Origin: Candidatus Woesearchaeota archaeon
Lineage (GTDB): Archaea; Nanobdellota; Nanobdellia; Woesearchaeales; UBA583
Assembly: GCA_965205335.1 (NCBI GenBank)
Contig: OZ242164.1
Location: 576,001-640,000, forward strand
Reading direction: 5' to 3'
Length of the DNA stretch: 64,000 bases
Shown: one piece after another, positions 17,973 to 28,965 of the stretch
Layout: each line of letters starts with the position of its first letter
Numbering within the stretch: the first letter of the stretch is position 1
Position numbers and translations under genes: made by a program
The notes under the pieces: generated by a model
What the model was told of the DNA's origin: nothing
The model's input: only the letters and a program-made list of their open reading frames with translations
The model's database searches: none

Positions 17973-20147
17973 TTACTGATTTTCGCTTAAACCTTTCCTA
18001 TCTCTTATTTGCTTGATAATATTATCCTGCAATTCTGTTGGCAGTCTCTCAAACTCTTGATATTTCACAAAAAATGAGCCCTTCCCATCTGTTGATGACC
18101 TTAAATCCCCTGTCATACCAAATGTTTCTGCCACCGGAACTTTCGCAATAACTGATAAATTATCCTCATCCATAATCATATCCTGAACCTGTCCACGCCT
18201 ATTATTAATAACTGCTGTTACATTACCCATCATATCCTGAGGACAATCAATCTGTATAGTCTGTATTGGTTCAAACAAAGAAGGACCCGCCCCCAATATC
18301 GCTTGTTTTAACCCATCACGAATTGCTGGGTACACCTGCCCTGGTCCCCTGTGAATTGCATCCTCATGAAGAGTTACATCAGTTAATTTAACCTTAAAAT
18401 TAATACATGTTTCCCTTGCCATAGGACCTGCATTCATAACCTGTACAAACCCCTCAAGCACAAGTTCAATCACTTCATTTAGAGCAACTATACCCCTTGT
18501 CATATCAACAAAAACATTACCTTTATAGATTTGCTTAACTCTCTCAGCCTCATCTTTTGGAAGTCCTTTCTCATGTAACAAATCCCATAACTCTCTGTCC
18601 TTCTTCTTAATCACACCCAGAGGAACTTCCTGATTTGCAAGTGCCTTTGAAAAAGACTCCTCAAGAGGTTCAATTGTCATATAGAACTTATTATGCTTAT
18701 TTGGAGACTTTCCCTCAACCTCAGGAGATAACTTTGTAACTGCTTCCCTATACACAACAATTGGAGGAGAAACTTTAATCTGCATACCTTTCTCATCTCT
18801 AATTCTGTTCGTTACAACCTCAAGATGCAACTCTCCCATTCCTGCAATAAGAAACTCCCCTGTCTCCTCATTAATCTTTACCTTTAACGATGGGTCTTCC
18901 TTACCTACAACCTTAAGAACTTCAAGAAGCTTAGGCAAATCAGCAGGTTTTGTGGGTTCAACTGCAACAGTTACAACAGGTTCAAATATGTGCTGTATGT
19001 CCTCAAACGGTGTAATTCCATTAACTGAAATTGTCTCACCAACATATATATCTCTAATCCCGGTAATTCCTATAATATTTCCAGCTACTGCTTTTTCAAT
19101 CTGAATTCTCGCAGAGCCCTTTGAAATAAATACCTGTTGAACTCTCCCCTTCTGTCCACCAGATGTTACAACCTCTACACCCTTGCTAACCGTCCCCGAA
19201 AACATACGCCCTGTACACACCTCTCCTGCATGTTTATCCTGAGTAATCTTCGTTACAACAAACGCTAACTCTCCATTAGGATTACACTCAGCAAGATCCC
19301 TTCCTTCGTTTGACTCTGCATCTCCAGGCCAAATTAACGGAATTCTGTACTTTTGGGCATCAATCGGATTTGGTAAATGATCAACCACTGAATTTAATAA
19401 AACCTCATGTAACGGGGCTTCCTTTGCTAACTTTTTAATCTCTTCTCCATCATCTTCTTTCTCATAAGCCTCTATTACTTTGCTAAAAGTAACCCCTTTC
19501 CTCTTCATATAAGGAACTGACAGAGCCCAATTTGAATAAGCCGAACCAAAACACACCGAACCATCAGACACATTAACCTGCCACTTGATCTTAAACTCAG
19601 GAGGAGCAATCTTTTTTATCAGAACATTCAATTCATTAATAATCTTAATAAACCTCTCCTGCATCATCTCAGGGGTTAATTTCAACTCCTTAATCAACCT
19701 GTCAGCCTTATTAATAAAAAGAATAGGTTTAACCTTCTCTTTTAGAGACTGCCTTAAAACAGTTTCGGTCTGAGGCATAATCCCCTCAACGGCACATGAC
19801 AAAACCACCGCGCCATCTACTGCTCTCATAGCTCTTGTTACATCCCCTCCAAAATCCACATGCCCAGGGGTATCTATAAGATTAATTAGAAAATCTGTTC
19901 CTTCCACCTCATGAATCATTGAAACATTAGCAGCATCAATAGTAATTCCTCTCTGAGCCTCATCCTCATGAAAGTCCATAAACCTCTGCTTCCCAGCAAG
20001 CTCTTCACTTATCATCCCTGCACCTGACAATAAATTATCAGAAAGAGTTGTTTTTCCGTGATCAATATGAGCAGCAATTGCAATATTTCTAATCAAAGTA
20101 GGTCTTCTCATTGCCTCAACTACTGCCTGTCCTAAATCCTTTGCCAT
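17973..20147 (-). CDS. fusA: Archaeal translation elongation factor 2
   Basis: AHIDHGKTT, RGITI, DTPGHVDF, diphthamide loop HEDAIHRGPGQ. Confidence 0.98.
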   Translation of the reverse strand: MAKDLGQAVVEAMRRPTLIRNIAIAAHIDHGKTTLSDNLLSGAGMISEELAGKQRFMDFHEDEAQRGITIDAANVSMIHEVEGTDFLINLIDTPGHVDFGGDVTRAMRAVDGAVVLSCAVEGIMPQTETVLRQSLKEKVKPILFINKADRLIKELKLTPEMMQERFIKIINELNVLIKKIAPPEFKIKWQVNVSDGSVCFGSAYSNWALSVPYMKRKGVTFSKVIEAYEKEDDGEEIKKLAKEAPLHEVLLNSVVDHLPNPIDAQKYRIPLIWPGDAESNEGRDLAECNPNGELAFVVTKITQDKHAGEVCTGRMFSGTVSKGVEVVTSGGQKGRVQQVFISKGSARIQIEKAVAGNIIGITGIRDIYVGETISVNGITPFEDIQHIFEPVVTVAVEPTKPADLPKLLEVLKVVGKEDPSLKVKINEETGEFLIAGMGELHLEVVTNRIRDEKGMQIKVSPPIVVYREAVTKLSPEVEGKSPNKHNKFYMTIEPLEESFSKALANQEVPLGVIKKKDRELWDLLHEKGLPKDEAERVKQIYKGNVFVDMTRGIVALNEVIELVLEGFVQVMNAGPMARETCINFKVKLTDVTLHEDAIHRGPGQVYPAIRDGLKQAILGAGPSLFEPIQTIQIDCPQDMMGNVTAVINNRRGQVQDMIMDEDNLSVIAKVPVAETFGMTGDLRSSTDGKGSFFVKYQEFERLPTELQDNIIKQIRDRKGLSENQ

Positions 20148-20272
20148 TTTTTATCTAATATACTCTAAAAGAACTATAATACCTTTATAAAAGTTTTTAG
20201 TATTCAAAAGAGTTAAAACAATTCGCAAACAAAATTAAAACAGAATAAACAAATGAAAATCCTATAAAAATA

Positions 20273-20345
20273 TAGTCCCGCCCAGATTCGAACTGGGGTC
20301 TGCAGATCCAGAGTCCACAATGATAGTCCACTACACTACGGGACT
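20273..20345 (-). tRNA. tRNA-Gln(CUG)
   Basis: Cloverleaf AGTCCCG...CTCTGGA...GTTCGAATC...CGGGACT A; A1-U72; no encoded CCA. Confidence 0.95.
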
Positions 20346-20492
20346 GCAACAAATAAATCAAGTCAATTAGGTTTTATAAATTTTATTTCCATCATCCTCT
20401 CAATCATAACCCAGTCAGCACAAAAAAACACTCAAAAACTTAAAAAATCCTACGCCAATAACATATAACACTCAGCAAGAACCAATTAAACC

Positions 20493-22487
20493 CTAAAAAT
20501 AAATTTCCTTCTTCTCTCTCTCTTCTGTAATCCTTTGAATGAACTCCTTTAAAGTTGTAGTAAACTCTTCATTCTTACCATTTTCAAACTTGCGGGTTCT
20601 AACTGAGATTGTTTTATTCTTCTCATCCTTATCTCCAATAATTAAAGTATAATTTGGCTTCTCCTCATCACGAGACATTGCAATCTTTTTGCTAACCCCT
20701 TCATTCTCATACCCGCTTGAAACCCTAAAATCCAACTTCTCAAGTTCCGATTTAATCTTCTCACAATACTTAACATGCCTGTCTGCAACATTTATAATCT
20801 TAATCTGAGTTGGGGACAACCACAAAGGAAACTTGCCTGCAAAATGCTCAATCAGAACTCCAATGCTTCTCTCAAGACTTCCTGCAATTGCCCTGTGTAT
20901 TACAATAGGTCTTTGCTTCTTTGCATCCTCATCAATATAAAACAACTCAAACTTATCAGGAAGATTAAAATCTAATTGAATAGTAGACAACTGATGCTCT
21001 CTCCCGATAGCATCCTTAAACATAAAATCCAATTTAGGCCCATAAAATGCCGCCTCACCTTCAACTTTTTTGTAATCAACTCCAAGTTCCTTTGCAATCT
21101 CTTCTAAAACACTCTCTGCAATATCCCAGACATCATCAGAACCCACATAATCCTTCTTATTTCCTTTATCTCTAACTGACAGACTTACCCAGTAATCCTC
21201 TGCCATCCCCATAACTTCATAGAACTCTTTAATTATTTCAACAATTACCTCAACCTCTTTTTTTATCTGATCTTTTCTGCAAAACAAATGCCCATCATCC
21301 TGCGTAACTGCCCTGACTCTCGTTAAACCGCTAAGAGTCCCGGACAACTCATCCCTGTAAACCGTTGCAGGTTCAAAATACCTAACAGGCATATCCTTAT
21401 ACGAAAAATAATTATCCGCAAAAATCTGCATATGATGAGGACAATTCATGGGCTTTAGCATAAACTCCTCTTTGTCCTTTCCCATTGCCTTAAAATTCTC
21501 TTTATAATGTTCATAATGTCCCGACTGCTTATACAACTCGGACTTTGCAATATGAGGTGTCCACACTCTTGTATACCCTCTCTTTTTATGCAAACTCCAG
21601 AGAAAATCTTCAATCTCCTTTCTTAAAACAGTTCCTTTCGGTCCAAATAACGGCAATCCCGCTCCAACCATTTCCGAAATTGTAAATAACTTCATCCTTG
21701 AGCCTAAAATCCTATGATCTCTCTTCTTAGCTTCCTCTAACATCTCAAAATACTCATCCATTTGAGACTTCTTCCAAAAAGCAGTTCCATACACCCTAAA
21801 CAACTGCTTATTCTTTGAATCCGCTCTCCAGTATGCTCTTGTTATCTTCTCTAACTTAAACGCCTTGACTAATCCAGTTCTTGGAAGATGCGGACCTGTG
21901 CAAATATCTTCAAACTCTCCTTGCTTATAGAACTTAAACTTACCACTTCGAATTGAACCTTCCTTCTTCTCCTCATCACTAAGACTTCCAGAAGCGATAG
22001 AATCAATTATCTCCTGCTTATATTGATTATTATAAAAATGCTTTTTGGCTTCATCAAGAGACTTATAATTTACTGTAATCTCTAAATCTTCATATATTAT
22101 TTTTTGCATTTCCTTCTCTATTGCTTCAAGTTTATCCTCTGTTAAATCATCATAATCAACATCATAATAAAATCCATTATCTATTGACGGTCCTATTGTG
22201 ATTTTTGCTTCTGGGAATAACCTCAAGACTGCTTGAGCAAATACATGAGCAGTCGTATGTCTTAATATCTCAACAGACTCTTCACTTTTTGGAGTAATTA
22301 CTTCAACCTTAGAACCCTTCGTAATTACTTGGGTCAAATCAGAAAGTTCGCCATTTATCTTTATAGCAACAGCACTCTTCAAAAGTCCTTGCGATATGGA
22401 TTTTGCAATCTCCAAGCCATTTGTTTCCTTCTCAAACTCTCTTATGCTCCCATCTGGCAAAGTAATCTCTATCATAGTACTATCCAA
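20493..22487 (-). CDS. thrS: Threonine--tRNA ligase, bacterial-type architecture
   Basis: TGS (ITLPDGS), editing HTTAH and DICTGPH, KPMNCP, FYGPKLD, IHRA. Confidence 0.96.
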   Translation of the reverse strand: MDSTMIEITLPDGSIREFEKETNGLEIAKSISQGLLKSAVAIKINGELSDLTQVITKGSKVEVITPKSEESVEILRHTTAHVFAQAVLRLFPEAKITIGPSIDNGFYYDVDYDDLTEDKLEAIEKEMQKIIYEDLEITVNYKSLDEAKKHFYNNQYKQEIIDSIASGSLSDEEKKEGSIRSGKFKFYKQGEFEDICTGPHLPRTGLVKAFKLEKITRAYWRADSKNKQLFRVYGTAFWKKSQMDEYFEMLEEAKKRDHRILGSRMKLFTISEMVGAGLPLFGPKGTVLRKEIEDFLWSLHKKRGYTRVWTPHIAKSELYKQSGHYEHYKENFKAMGKDKEEFMLKPMNCPHHMQIFADNYFSYKDMPVRYFEPATVYRDELSGTLSGLTRVRAVTQDDGHLFCRKDQIKKEVEVIVEIIKEFYEVMGMAEDYWVSLSVRDKGNKKDYVGSDDVWDIAESVLEEIAKELGVDYKKVEGEAAFYGPKLDFMFKDAIGREHQLSTIQLDFNLPDKFELFYIDEDAKKQRPIVIHRAIAGSLERSIGVLIEHFAGKFPLWLSPTQIKIINVADRHVKYCEKIKSELEKLDFRVSSGYENEGVSKKIAMSRDEEKPNYTLIIGDKDEKNKTISVRTRKFENGKNEEFTTTLKEFIQRITEEREKKEIYF

Positions 22488-22670
22488 ACCTTATACTTTA
22501 TAAATATTATCTCTTGGATTCTCTTTAAATTAAGTTTTCATGCAAAAATATCTTGCAAAATAATAGAATATCCTGCTTAGTTCAAACTTTAAAAAAGCCA
22601 AAAATTCAAAAATATCCTTACACCTTAATAATACCAAATTTATTTAAAGCATTAAATCAAGTCTTAGATA

Positions 22671-23132
22671 ATGTTTAATAATAAAAAAGGCTCTCTTCCA
22701 GTACTTGAACTTATATTCATACTTCTTCTATCTACAATAATATTAGTTTTATGGGTATTAGTTCTTCTAAATGCCCAGAATTTCTATATCGATGAAAGAA
22801 AAATTCAAACTCAATTAGTAATAAATAATATACTCTCAAATGATTGTTTTGGTAATGGTTACGCGGTATTTAATCTTGATGAATTCACTCAGAATTCTCT
22901 TGATACCTGTTTAAGCGGACTTAATGACTCATCAGCATTAGTTAGAATAAAATTAGAGTCAAAAAGGTTTGTCGCATTCAAAAGAGATAAAGATTTCCAA
23001 GAAAAAGCAGTTTTGTGTACAAGATCCAGTTCTATACTCTGCACTGAAATGAGGTATCCTGTAAGAATACTGTCTCAAAACAACGAAGAAATGGATATAT
23101 TAACTCTTCAAAGTATAGCCACTGTATCATAA
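22671..23132 (+). CDS. Putative type IV pilin-like protein (class III signal peptide)
   Basis: MFNNKKG followed by a hydrophobic helix. Confidence 0.6.
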   Translation: MFNNKKGSLPVLELIFILLLSTIILVLWVLVLLNAQNFYIDERKIQTQLVINNILSNDCFGNGYAVFNLDEFTQNSLDTCLSGLNDSSALVRIKLESKRFVAFKRDKDFQEKAVLCTRSSSILCTEMRYPVRILSQNNEEMDILTLQSIATVS

Positions 23133-23330
23133 TCATTCACATTTATCACTTTTTAATTATAAGACAAAACTTTATAAATATGTAGGTTTCCTCTTTAGTA
23201 TCAATTAAGTAGTTAATTGAAGTCCTTTTAACTGGATACTAAATAGTTTGTATTATTTCACGGTCAAAACTATTGGTAAGTTTTATAAATAAGGGAGTAT
23301 TAATAATACTATTAATAAGTATGATAAAAA

Positions 23331-24128
23331 ATGATTGTTAAGGAAGAATTTCTAAATATGCTAAGGCAGTATTTTAGTCTAAATCTTTATGAAGTTAAGA
23401 TTTGGACTGCCCTTTTATCACGAAAAGTAGCAACTGCTGGCGAACTAAGTGACTTAGCTGTAGTACCTAGATCAAGAACATATGATGTTTTGGAATCTCT
23501 TGAGAAGAAAGGATTTGTAATGGTTAAGTTAGGCAAACCAATTAAATACATTGCCATATCTCCAGCCGATGTTATCGACAGAGTAAAGAAAAGATTTACA
23601 GAAAAGTCTAAAGAGAAATTGGATAAGTTAGAGGCCTTAAGGGATTCTGACGTTTTAAAGGATTTAGAGCAATTACATGAACAAGGAATTCAATTAGTTG
23701 AACCCTCTGATTTAAGTGGTGCTCTAAAAGGAAGATATAACCTATACAATCATTTAGAAGCAATGGTTAAGTCAGCTGAATCTGAAGTAATCATAATGAC
23801 TACTTCAACTGGATTTCTAAGAAAGGTTGAAGCTCTTAGAGGAGTATTTGAAGAATTACAAGACAGAGGAGTTTCCATTAAGATTGCATGCCCTAAAACT
23901 GATAAAACAAAAGATTTAAGCAGTACCCTAAAAGACTTAGCAGAAGTAAGGTTCACAAATGAAATTGAAGCAAGATTCTGCATCATTGATGGAGAAGAAG
24001 TATTATTTATGACACTTCATGACAAAGATATTTACCCAGCATATGACATTGGAGTATGGGTTAACACACCATTTTTCGCCCAGGCTCTTCAGCAATTATT
24101 TGAAATCGCTTGGAAAGAGATGAAATAA
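23331..24128 (+). CDS. TrmB-family transcriptional regulator
   Basis: LNLYEVKIWTALL...VPRSRTYDVLESLEKKGFV...GKPIKY HTH plus C-terminal effector domain. Confidence 0.93.
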   Translation: MIVKEEFLNMLRQYFSLNLYEVKIWTALLSRKVATAGELSDLAVVPRSRTYDVLESLEKKGFVMVKLGKPIKYIAISPADVIDRVKKRFTEKSKEKLDKLEALRDSDVLKDLEQLHEQGIQLVEPSDLSGALKGRYNLYNHLEAMVKSAESEVIIMTTSTGFLRKVEALRGVFEELQDRGVSIKIACPKTDKTKDLSSTLKDLAEVRFTNEIEARFCIIDGEEVLFMTLHDKDIYPAYDIGVWVNTPFFAQALQQLFEIAWKEMK

Positions 24129-24278
24129 TTCCTTAATTCTCATATATTATTATACTAAATAAATATTAACTCATTCTAATTAGAACAAAAAACTTCACAC
24201 ATTTCTCACACCAAACAAATCATACAGTAGATTTTATAAATTAATTATAGTTAATTTTAATTATTTCTCATATTTCAA

Positions 24279-24352
24279 GCCGATTTAGCTCAGCTGGTTA
24301 GAGTGCCAGACTCATAATCTGGAGGTCCCGTGTTCAAGTCATGGAATCGGCA
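24279..24352 (+). tRNA. tRNA-Met(CAU), elongator type (Ile2 not excluded)
   Basis: GCCGATT acceptor stem, CCAGA-CTCATAA-TCTGG anticodon arm, GTTCAAGTC T-loop. Confidence 0.9.
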
Positions 24353-24506
24353 TTTAAGATTTCAGTAATACCATAATTTGAAACCCTAAACCCTCTTTCA
24401 ACAACTCTCTTAATCAAGATATGCATATACGAAAAATCAAACCTACTTAATCTCACTGAAACTTCTAAACACAAAATTTATAATATATCATTAATGCTCC
24501 ATAACT

Positions 24507-24971
24507 ATGGCTGAAAAAATTACAGCAAGATTTGTAATACAAATTGCAGGAAAACCTGTTGAAAATGTATCAAAAGTACTTGAAAAAATTGAAGAGAGTA
24601 TAAAAGAAGATGAAAGATTTAAAGTTCTTGATTCAGAAATAATTGAACCAGAATTAGATAAAGAAACAACAATGTATTCAGGACTAATTGAATTGGGAAT
24701 TAAATTTGAAAATAGTGAAAAACTAATGGAATTCATTGTAGACTACACACCAAATTCAGTTGAAATTGAAGACCCAAGCACTCTTAAATTTGATTCTGTT
24801 TCATTTACCGCAATTCTAAACGATATGAGTTCTCATCTATTAAGAAACAGTATTAATCTCAGACAGGCATTAATTAGAATCCAAATACTTGAAAAAGAAC
24901 TAAGAGAATTACAGGAAAAATCTAAAAAAGAACCAACTTCTAAACCTAAAAATTCCAAAAAGAAAAAATAA
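24507..24971 (+). CDS. Hypothetical protein
   Basis: 154-aa ORF with upstream TATA-like box. Confidence 0.7.
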   Translation: MAEKITARFVIQIAGKPVENVSKVLEKIEESIKEDERFKVLDSEIIEPELDKETTMYSGLIELGIKFENSEKLMEFIVDYTPNSVEIEDPSTLKFDSVSFTAILNDMSSHLLRNSINLRQALIRIQILEKELRELQEKSKKEPTSKPKNSKKKK

Positions 24972-25063
24972 GCCTAATGCTTCCTCTATTTATTCAGAAT
25001 TTCACCACTGTTTAAACACAAAAACCTAAGTTTTATAAATACAATATAATTCACTATTATAAT

Positions 25064-25477
25064 ATGCGAGAAATTGCTAAAGCTGACAAGAAATCAAACA
25101 AGTTACTATCACAAATCAGAAAAAACATAACTCATTTGATAGAACTAAACGACTCAAATCACAAAGACGCAAAAAAACTTAAGGAAGTTATAGATGAAAT
25201 TCACTATGGATTAAATAAATATGAATCAACTGAAGAAGACAAAAATAACCAAACCCTGCCAGATGAATCTTTCAAAAAGCACAAAGAAGAAAAAAATTTG
25301 AAGTCAAATATAGACTTAAAAAATCTAATGACACAAAGCAAAACTGAAATGGATAATGTGAGAGAATCCCAAAAAGAAGAACTAAAATATTTAGATGTGC
25401 CAAGCAAAATTGTAGTAAAAAGAATATCAAGAAGAAGATCTTTTTCAGGGTGGCTGTTTAATAATATGGACATATAA
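25064..25477 (+). CDS. Hypothetical protein
   Basis: 137-aa ORF; TTTATAAA at 25032. Confidence 0.65.
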   Translation: MREIAKADKKSNKLLSQIRKNITHLIELNDSNHKDAKKLKEVIDEIHYGLNKYESTEEDKNNQTLPDESFKKHKEEKNLKSNIDLKNLMTQSKTEMDNVRESQKEELKYLDVPSKIVVKRISRRRSFSGWLFNNMDI

Positions 25478-25482
25478 GAAAA

Positions 25483-25908
25483 ATGATGATAGGTAAACTA
25501 ATAACACTAAACATATTGGGGCTTTTAGCAATGCTAAATACTTTCTATACTTTCTTTAATAATGGAATTCTTCCTTTCTCACTAAGTAACGATTATTTTT
25601 CACATATAGCTCAAGGTGGTTTTTTAATCCTTCTTATATGGCTTTTAATACTAATATCCACTCTAAATTCTGCAGCAAATAGAGCATTACATAAAAAAAA
25701 CATGCTTAGAGTTCCATTAGTATTTTTTGTAGTATTATTACTAATTAGTATCTCCTTAAGAATTAACGAAGCGTTAAACGGAACTTACTGTATACCATGC
25801 TATATCCAGACAGTATTATACTTACTTATTATAATTGTTTTATATCTAATGCTAAAAAACCTGCATATAACTATAGATACATTACTTAGCGAAAAAAAAC
25901 AAGTTTAA
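25483..25908 (+). CDS. Hypothetical membrane protein (about 4 TM)
   Basis: Four hydrophobic segments. Confidence 0.65.
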   Translation: MMIGKLITLNILGLLAMLNTFYTFFNNGILPFSLSNDYFSHIAQGGFLILLIWLLILISTLNSAANRALHKKNMLRVPLVFFVVLLLISISLRINEALNGTYCIPCYIQTVLYLLIIIVLYLMLKNLHITIDTLLSEKKQV

Positions 25909-25933
25909 TAAGTAAACAGTTTCTTTAAATTTT

Positions 25934-26536
25934 ATGACTAAATCAAGAAAGAATTTCTCATATAAAAAAAACAAGGAAATTTTTTACAAAGATGCAAAAA
26001 ACAAAGATATCAGAGCCCGTTCCTATTTTAAACTGCAACAGATAAACGAAAAATTTAACCTAATAAAAGACAACCAGAACATAATTGACTTGGGAGCATC
26101 CCCTGGAGGCTGGCTTCAATATATTGATGAGAATATAAAAAAAGGAAATATAATTGGAATTGATATCTTGGAAATAAGAAATACTCACAAATTTAGCAAT
26201 AATATCTCTATAATAGAAGATGACTTTAATAACATTGAAAATTACAACCTAGGCAAATTTGATTTGATTCTATCAGATATGGCTCCTGAATTTAGCGGAG
26301 ATTCAAAAGCCGATAGGGGAAGAACCCATAAACTTAATATTTCAGTTATTGAATTTTGTAAAAAGCATCTAAAAAAAGGTGGAAACTGTATATTCAAATC
26401 CTTTGAAGGAGAAGACTTACAATATGTAACAAACACTGCAAGAAACCTATTTCAAGAAATCAAACATTTCAAACCAAAATCTTCTATGAAAAAAAGTTCT
26501 GAGGTGTTCATAATCTGTCTAAACAAAAAATTATGA
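25934..26536 (+). CDS. rlmE: 23S rRNA 2'-O-methyltransferase RlmE/FtsJ
   Basis: RARSYFKL, DLGASPGGW, SDMAP, KPKSS...SSE. Confidence 0.93.
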   Translation: MTKSRKNFSYKKNKEIFYKDAKNKDIRARSYFKLQQINEKFNLIKDNQNIIDLGASPGGWLQYIDENIKKGNIIGIDILEIRNTHKFSNNISIIEDDFNNIENYNLGKFDLILSDMAPEFSGDSKADRGRTHKLNISVIEFCKKHLKKGGNCIFKSFEGEDLQYVTNTARNLFQEIKHFKPKSSMKKSSEVFIICLNKKL

Positions 26537-26584
26537 TTAATTAGATAATCTGTTATTCAATTAATATCTAAAACTCAATATCTA

Positions 26585-27558
26585 TTATGGAGTACATATA
26601 CTAAAAGTCGGTTGGTTGGTAGAGTTCCATGCACTAGCTCCTCTACTAAAATTACCACAATCTATTACTCTATTTGTATTCCATAAACTTATATCTCCAT
26701 TAAATGAAGTTGCACCATCAAACATACTTCCCATATCTGTAGTACCTGTCAAATTCAATACATCGGTAGCAGACACATCTAAATTAGAACACCCTTGAAA
26801 ATAACCTCTATAACCGCCAAGTCTTAATGAACCCCAATTCTTAATATCAATGATTTTATTCTTATCTCCCGAATCACTGAATCTAAAACCTATTATATCC
26901 CCTTTAATTCTTATTTTATATTCTCCCTCATGCGGATATGAATGCATTACTTCTGACTGATTCCATTGAGTGATTCTATAATGAGTTCCATCCCCCCCAA
27001 AAAACCGTAAAATCATATCTTCCTGAAGGAGATAAAGGTAATTTAATTGAATGACGATTTGAACTTCCCAAACTTGTTTCATTTGTTCTCCAGACTGAAA
27101 CAAACGAACCCTTAAAATCCCTAATAGGTCCTTAAAGAAATTCCCTCAAATCTATTCTTGTGCGGCTTTGAAAAATTAATCTCTACATCTCCATTTGCAC
27201 GCTCTGAAAAATTTATTCTGACATTTTCAGGGATATTATAATGATAAACATCTGCTCTATCTCTGGCATAATGAAAATATTCAAACGAAAGAGAACTTCC
27301 ATTAATACTTAAATTAAAACTCTCAGTATGTGAAGACGGAATGACAATCTGTCTTGAATATCCCTCATCAACCTCTTGGAGAATCTCAAACTCAATAAAA
27401 ATTCTCTCTGCAAAATCATCACTAATCTTTCTGGCTTCATTATCTTTTAAATCAATAACAATCCTCCCAGAAATTGCAATTATAGTAGTTACAATGATAA
27501 TAACGAAAACAAAAATAGAAAGAAATTCAAATGCTATCTGAGTTTTCCTATTTCCCAT
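26585..27558 (-). pseudogene. Pilin-like N-terminus + BspA/DUF285-type surface protein split by two +1 frameshifts
   Basis: MGNRKTQIAFEF class III signal; hidden middle frame FVSVWRTN...IKLPL...YDFTVFWG; then DGT...WG...MGSMFDGATSFNGDISLWNT. Confidence 0.7.
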
Positions 27559-27700
27559 AACAAAAAACCAAATCTATAATTTATAAATTTGTTTATTCTC
27601 TAAATAAAATAAATTAATAACAAAAACTTGAATTTGCTTTATTAATCAAACAATCCATTTAATTAAAGTCATTTTATAAAGTATTAACTTAAAATATTAT

Positions 27701-28693
27701 TTAATAATTAAATTCCTTTCTAAATATTCTAATAAGAGTTGTAAACAAAGAAATAATCAAAGGTCCAATTAGAATACCAATAAATCCAAAAAAACTAAGC
27801 CCCATAAAAACCCCTAAAAACGTTTCAAGAGGGTGAATATTTGCAAATTTATTTACAAGTTTTGGACGAATGAAATTATCAACCTGAGACACAACAAGAA
27901 CTCCCCATACAAGAACAAAAATTCCTTGCCATATCTGTCCGCTAATTAAAAGAAAAATTCCAGCTGGAAGCCAGATCAAAAACGCTCCTACAACAGGAAT
28001 AATAGATAAAATAGTCATGATAATTCCCCAGAAGAAAAAACCTGAAATCCCCACAATAATAAACGAAAACATTCCAAGAGCACCTTGAATAATTGCAGTT
28101 AAAACCTGCCCAATCAATACTGCCTTTATTACTCGTGAACTATTACTTAACAATTCCTTTGTATTATTCTTAGAAAAAGTGGAAATACGGTAACATTCAT
28201 TAATAAAAAAATCCTTTGAAACAAGCAGATAAAATAGAATAAAAAATACTATGAAAATTTCAAGCAGGAAATTAGATGTATATGAAAAAAAAGATGGTAG
28301 ACTTTCTTTAGCTGTGCTTTGAATCCATTCCTGCCCCCTCGCCATTAATTCAAAGAAATTAATTTCAACTCCAATTTTATTTGCAAAAAAATACTCAATT
28401 CTCTCAACCTTTTCTTCATCAATCTCAAAGTTGTCAATCTGTTCAAATAACACCGCCGCAACAGTACTAATAGGTATAATTATAATCAAGAAAAGCCCAA
28501 CCAAAACAATTGATGCCGCTGTAACATCACTCCTAAATTTGCTCCTAATCCACTTATACGAAGGATACAAAAGAGGAGCAATAACAATCGCACTTAAAAT
28601 TGGAGTAATAAATCTCCCAAGCATATAAAGAATTGCAATCCCTAAAACAATTATTACAAAAAATGAAACATACTTCCTTACAAGTTTTTCCAT
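27701..28693 (-). CDS. AI-2E family transporter
   Basis: Multi-TM; IPVVG, DNFIRP, GFIGILIGP. Confidence 0.92.
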   Translation of the reverse strand: MEKLVRKYVSFFVIIVLGIAILYMLGRFITPILSAIVIAPLLYPSYKWIRSKFRSDVTAASIVLVGLFLIIIIPISTVAAVLFEQIDNFEIDEEKVERIEYFFANKIGVEINFFELMARGQEWIQSTAKESLPSFFSYTSNFLLEIFIVFFILFYLLVSKDFFINECYRISTFSKNNTKELLSNSSRVIKAVLIGQVLTAIIQGALGMFSFIIVGISGFFFWGIIMTILSIIPVVGAFLIWLPAGIFLLISGQIWQGIFVLVWGVLVVSQVDNFIRPKLVNKFANIHPLETFLGVFMGLSFFGFIGILIGPLIISLFTTLIRIFRKEFNY

Positions 28694-28794
28694 ACGAAAA
28701 GATATTTTTATTAATTTATAAACTCTCCTATATCCGAACTAAGAATATAATATTGGGGCTTTACTTTCTAACCTCACACATAAATTCTATTAGT

Positions 28795-28922
28795 GGCTCT
28801 GTCCGAAAATTCAAGAGAACTTAAAATATTGTATTAATAAAACAATTTTTGACAAATAATTTTTTTCTTTGATTGAAGATAGTTAGCATAGATTTTGGAA
28901 AAAACAATTTTCGGACAGAGCC
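28795..28922. mobile_element. MITE family A, intact copy (128 bp)
   Basis: Perfect 17-bp TIR GGCTCTGTCCGAAAATT; 8-bp TSD CTATTAGT at 28787-28794 and 28923-28930. Confidence 0.93.
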
Positions 28923-28965
28923 CTATTAGTAAAAGTTTTATAAATAAGAACTTTTTAAATGTACT

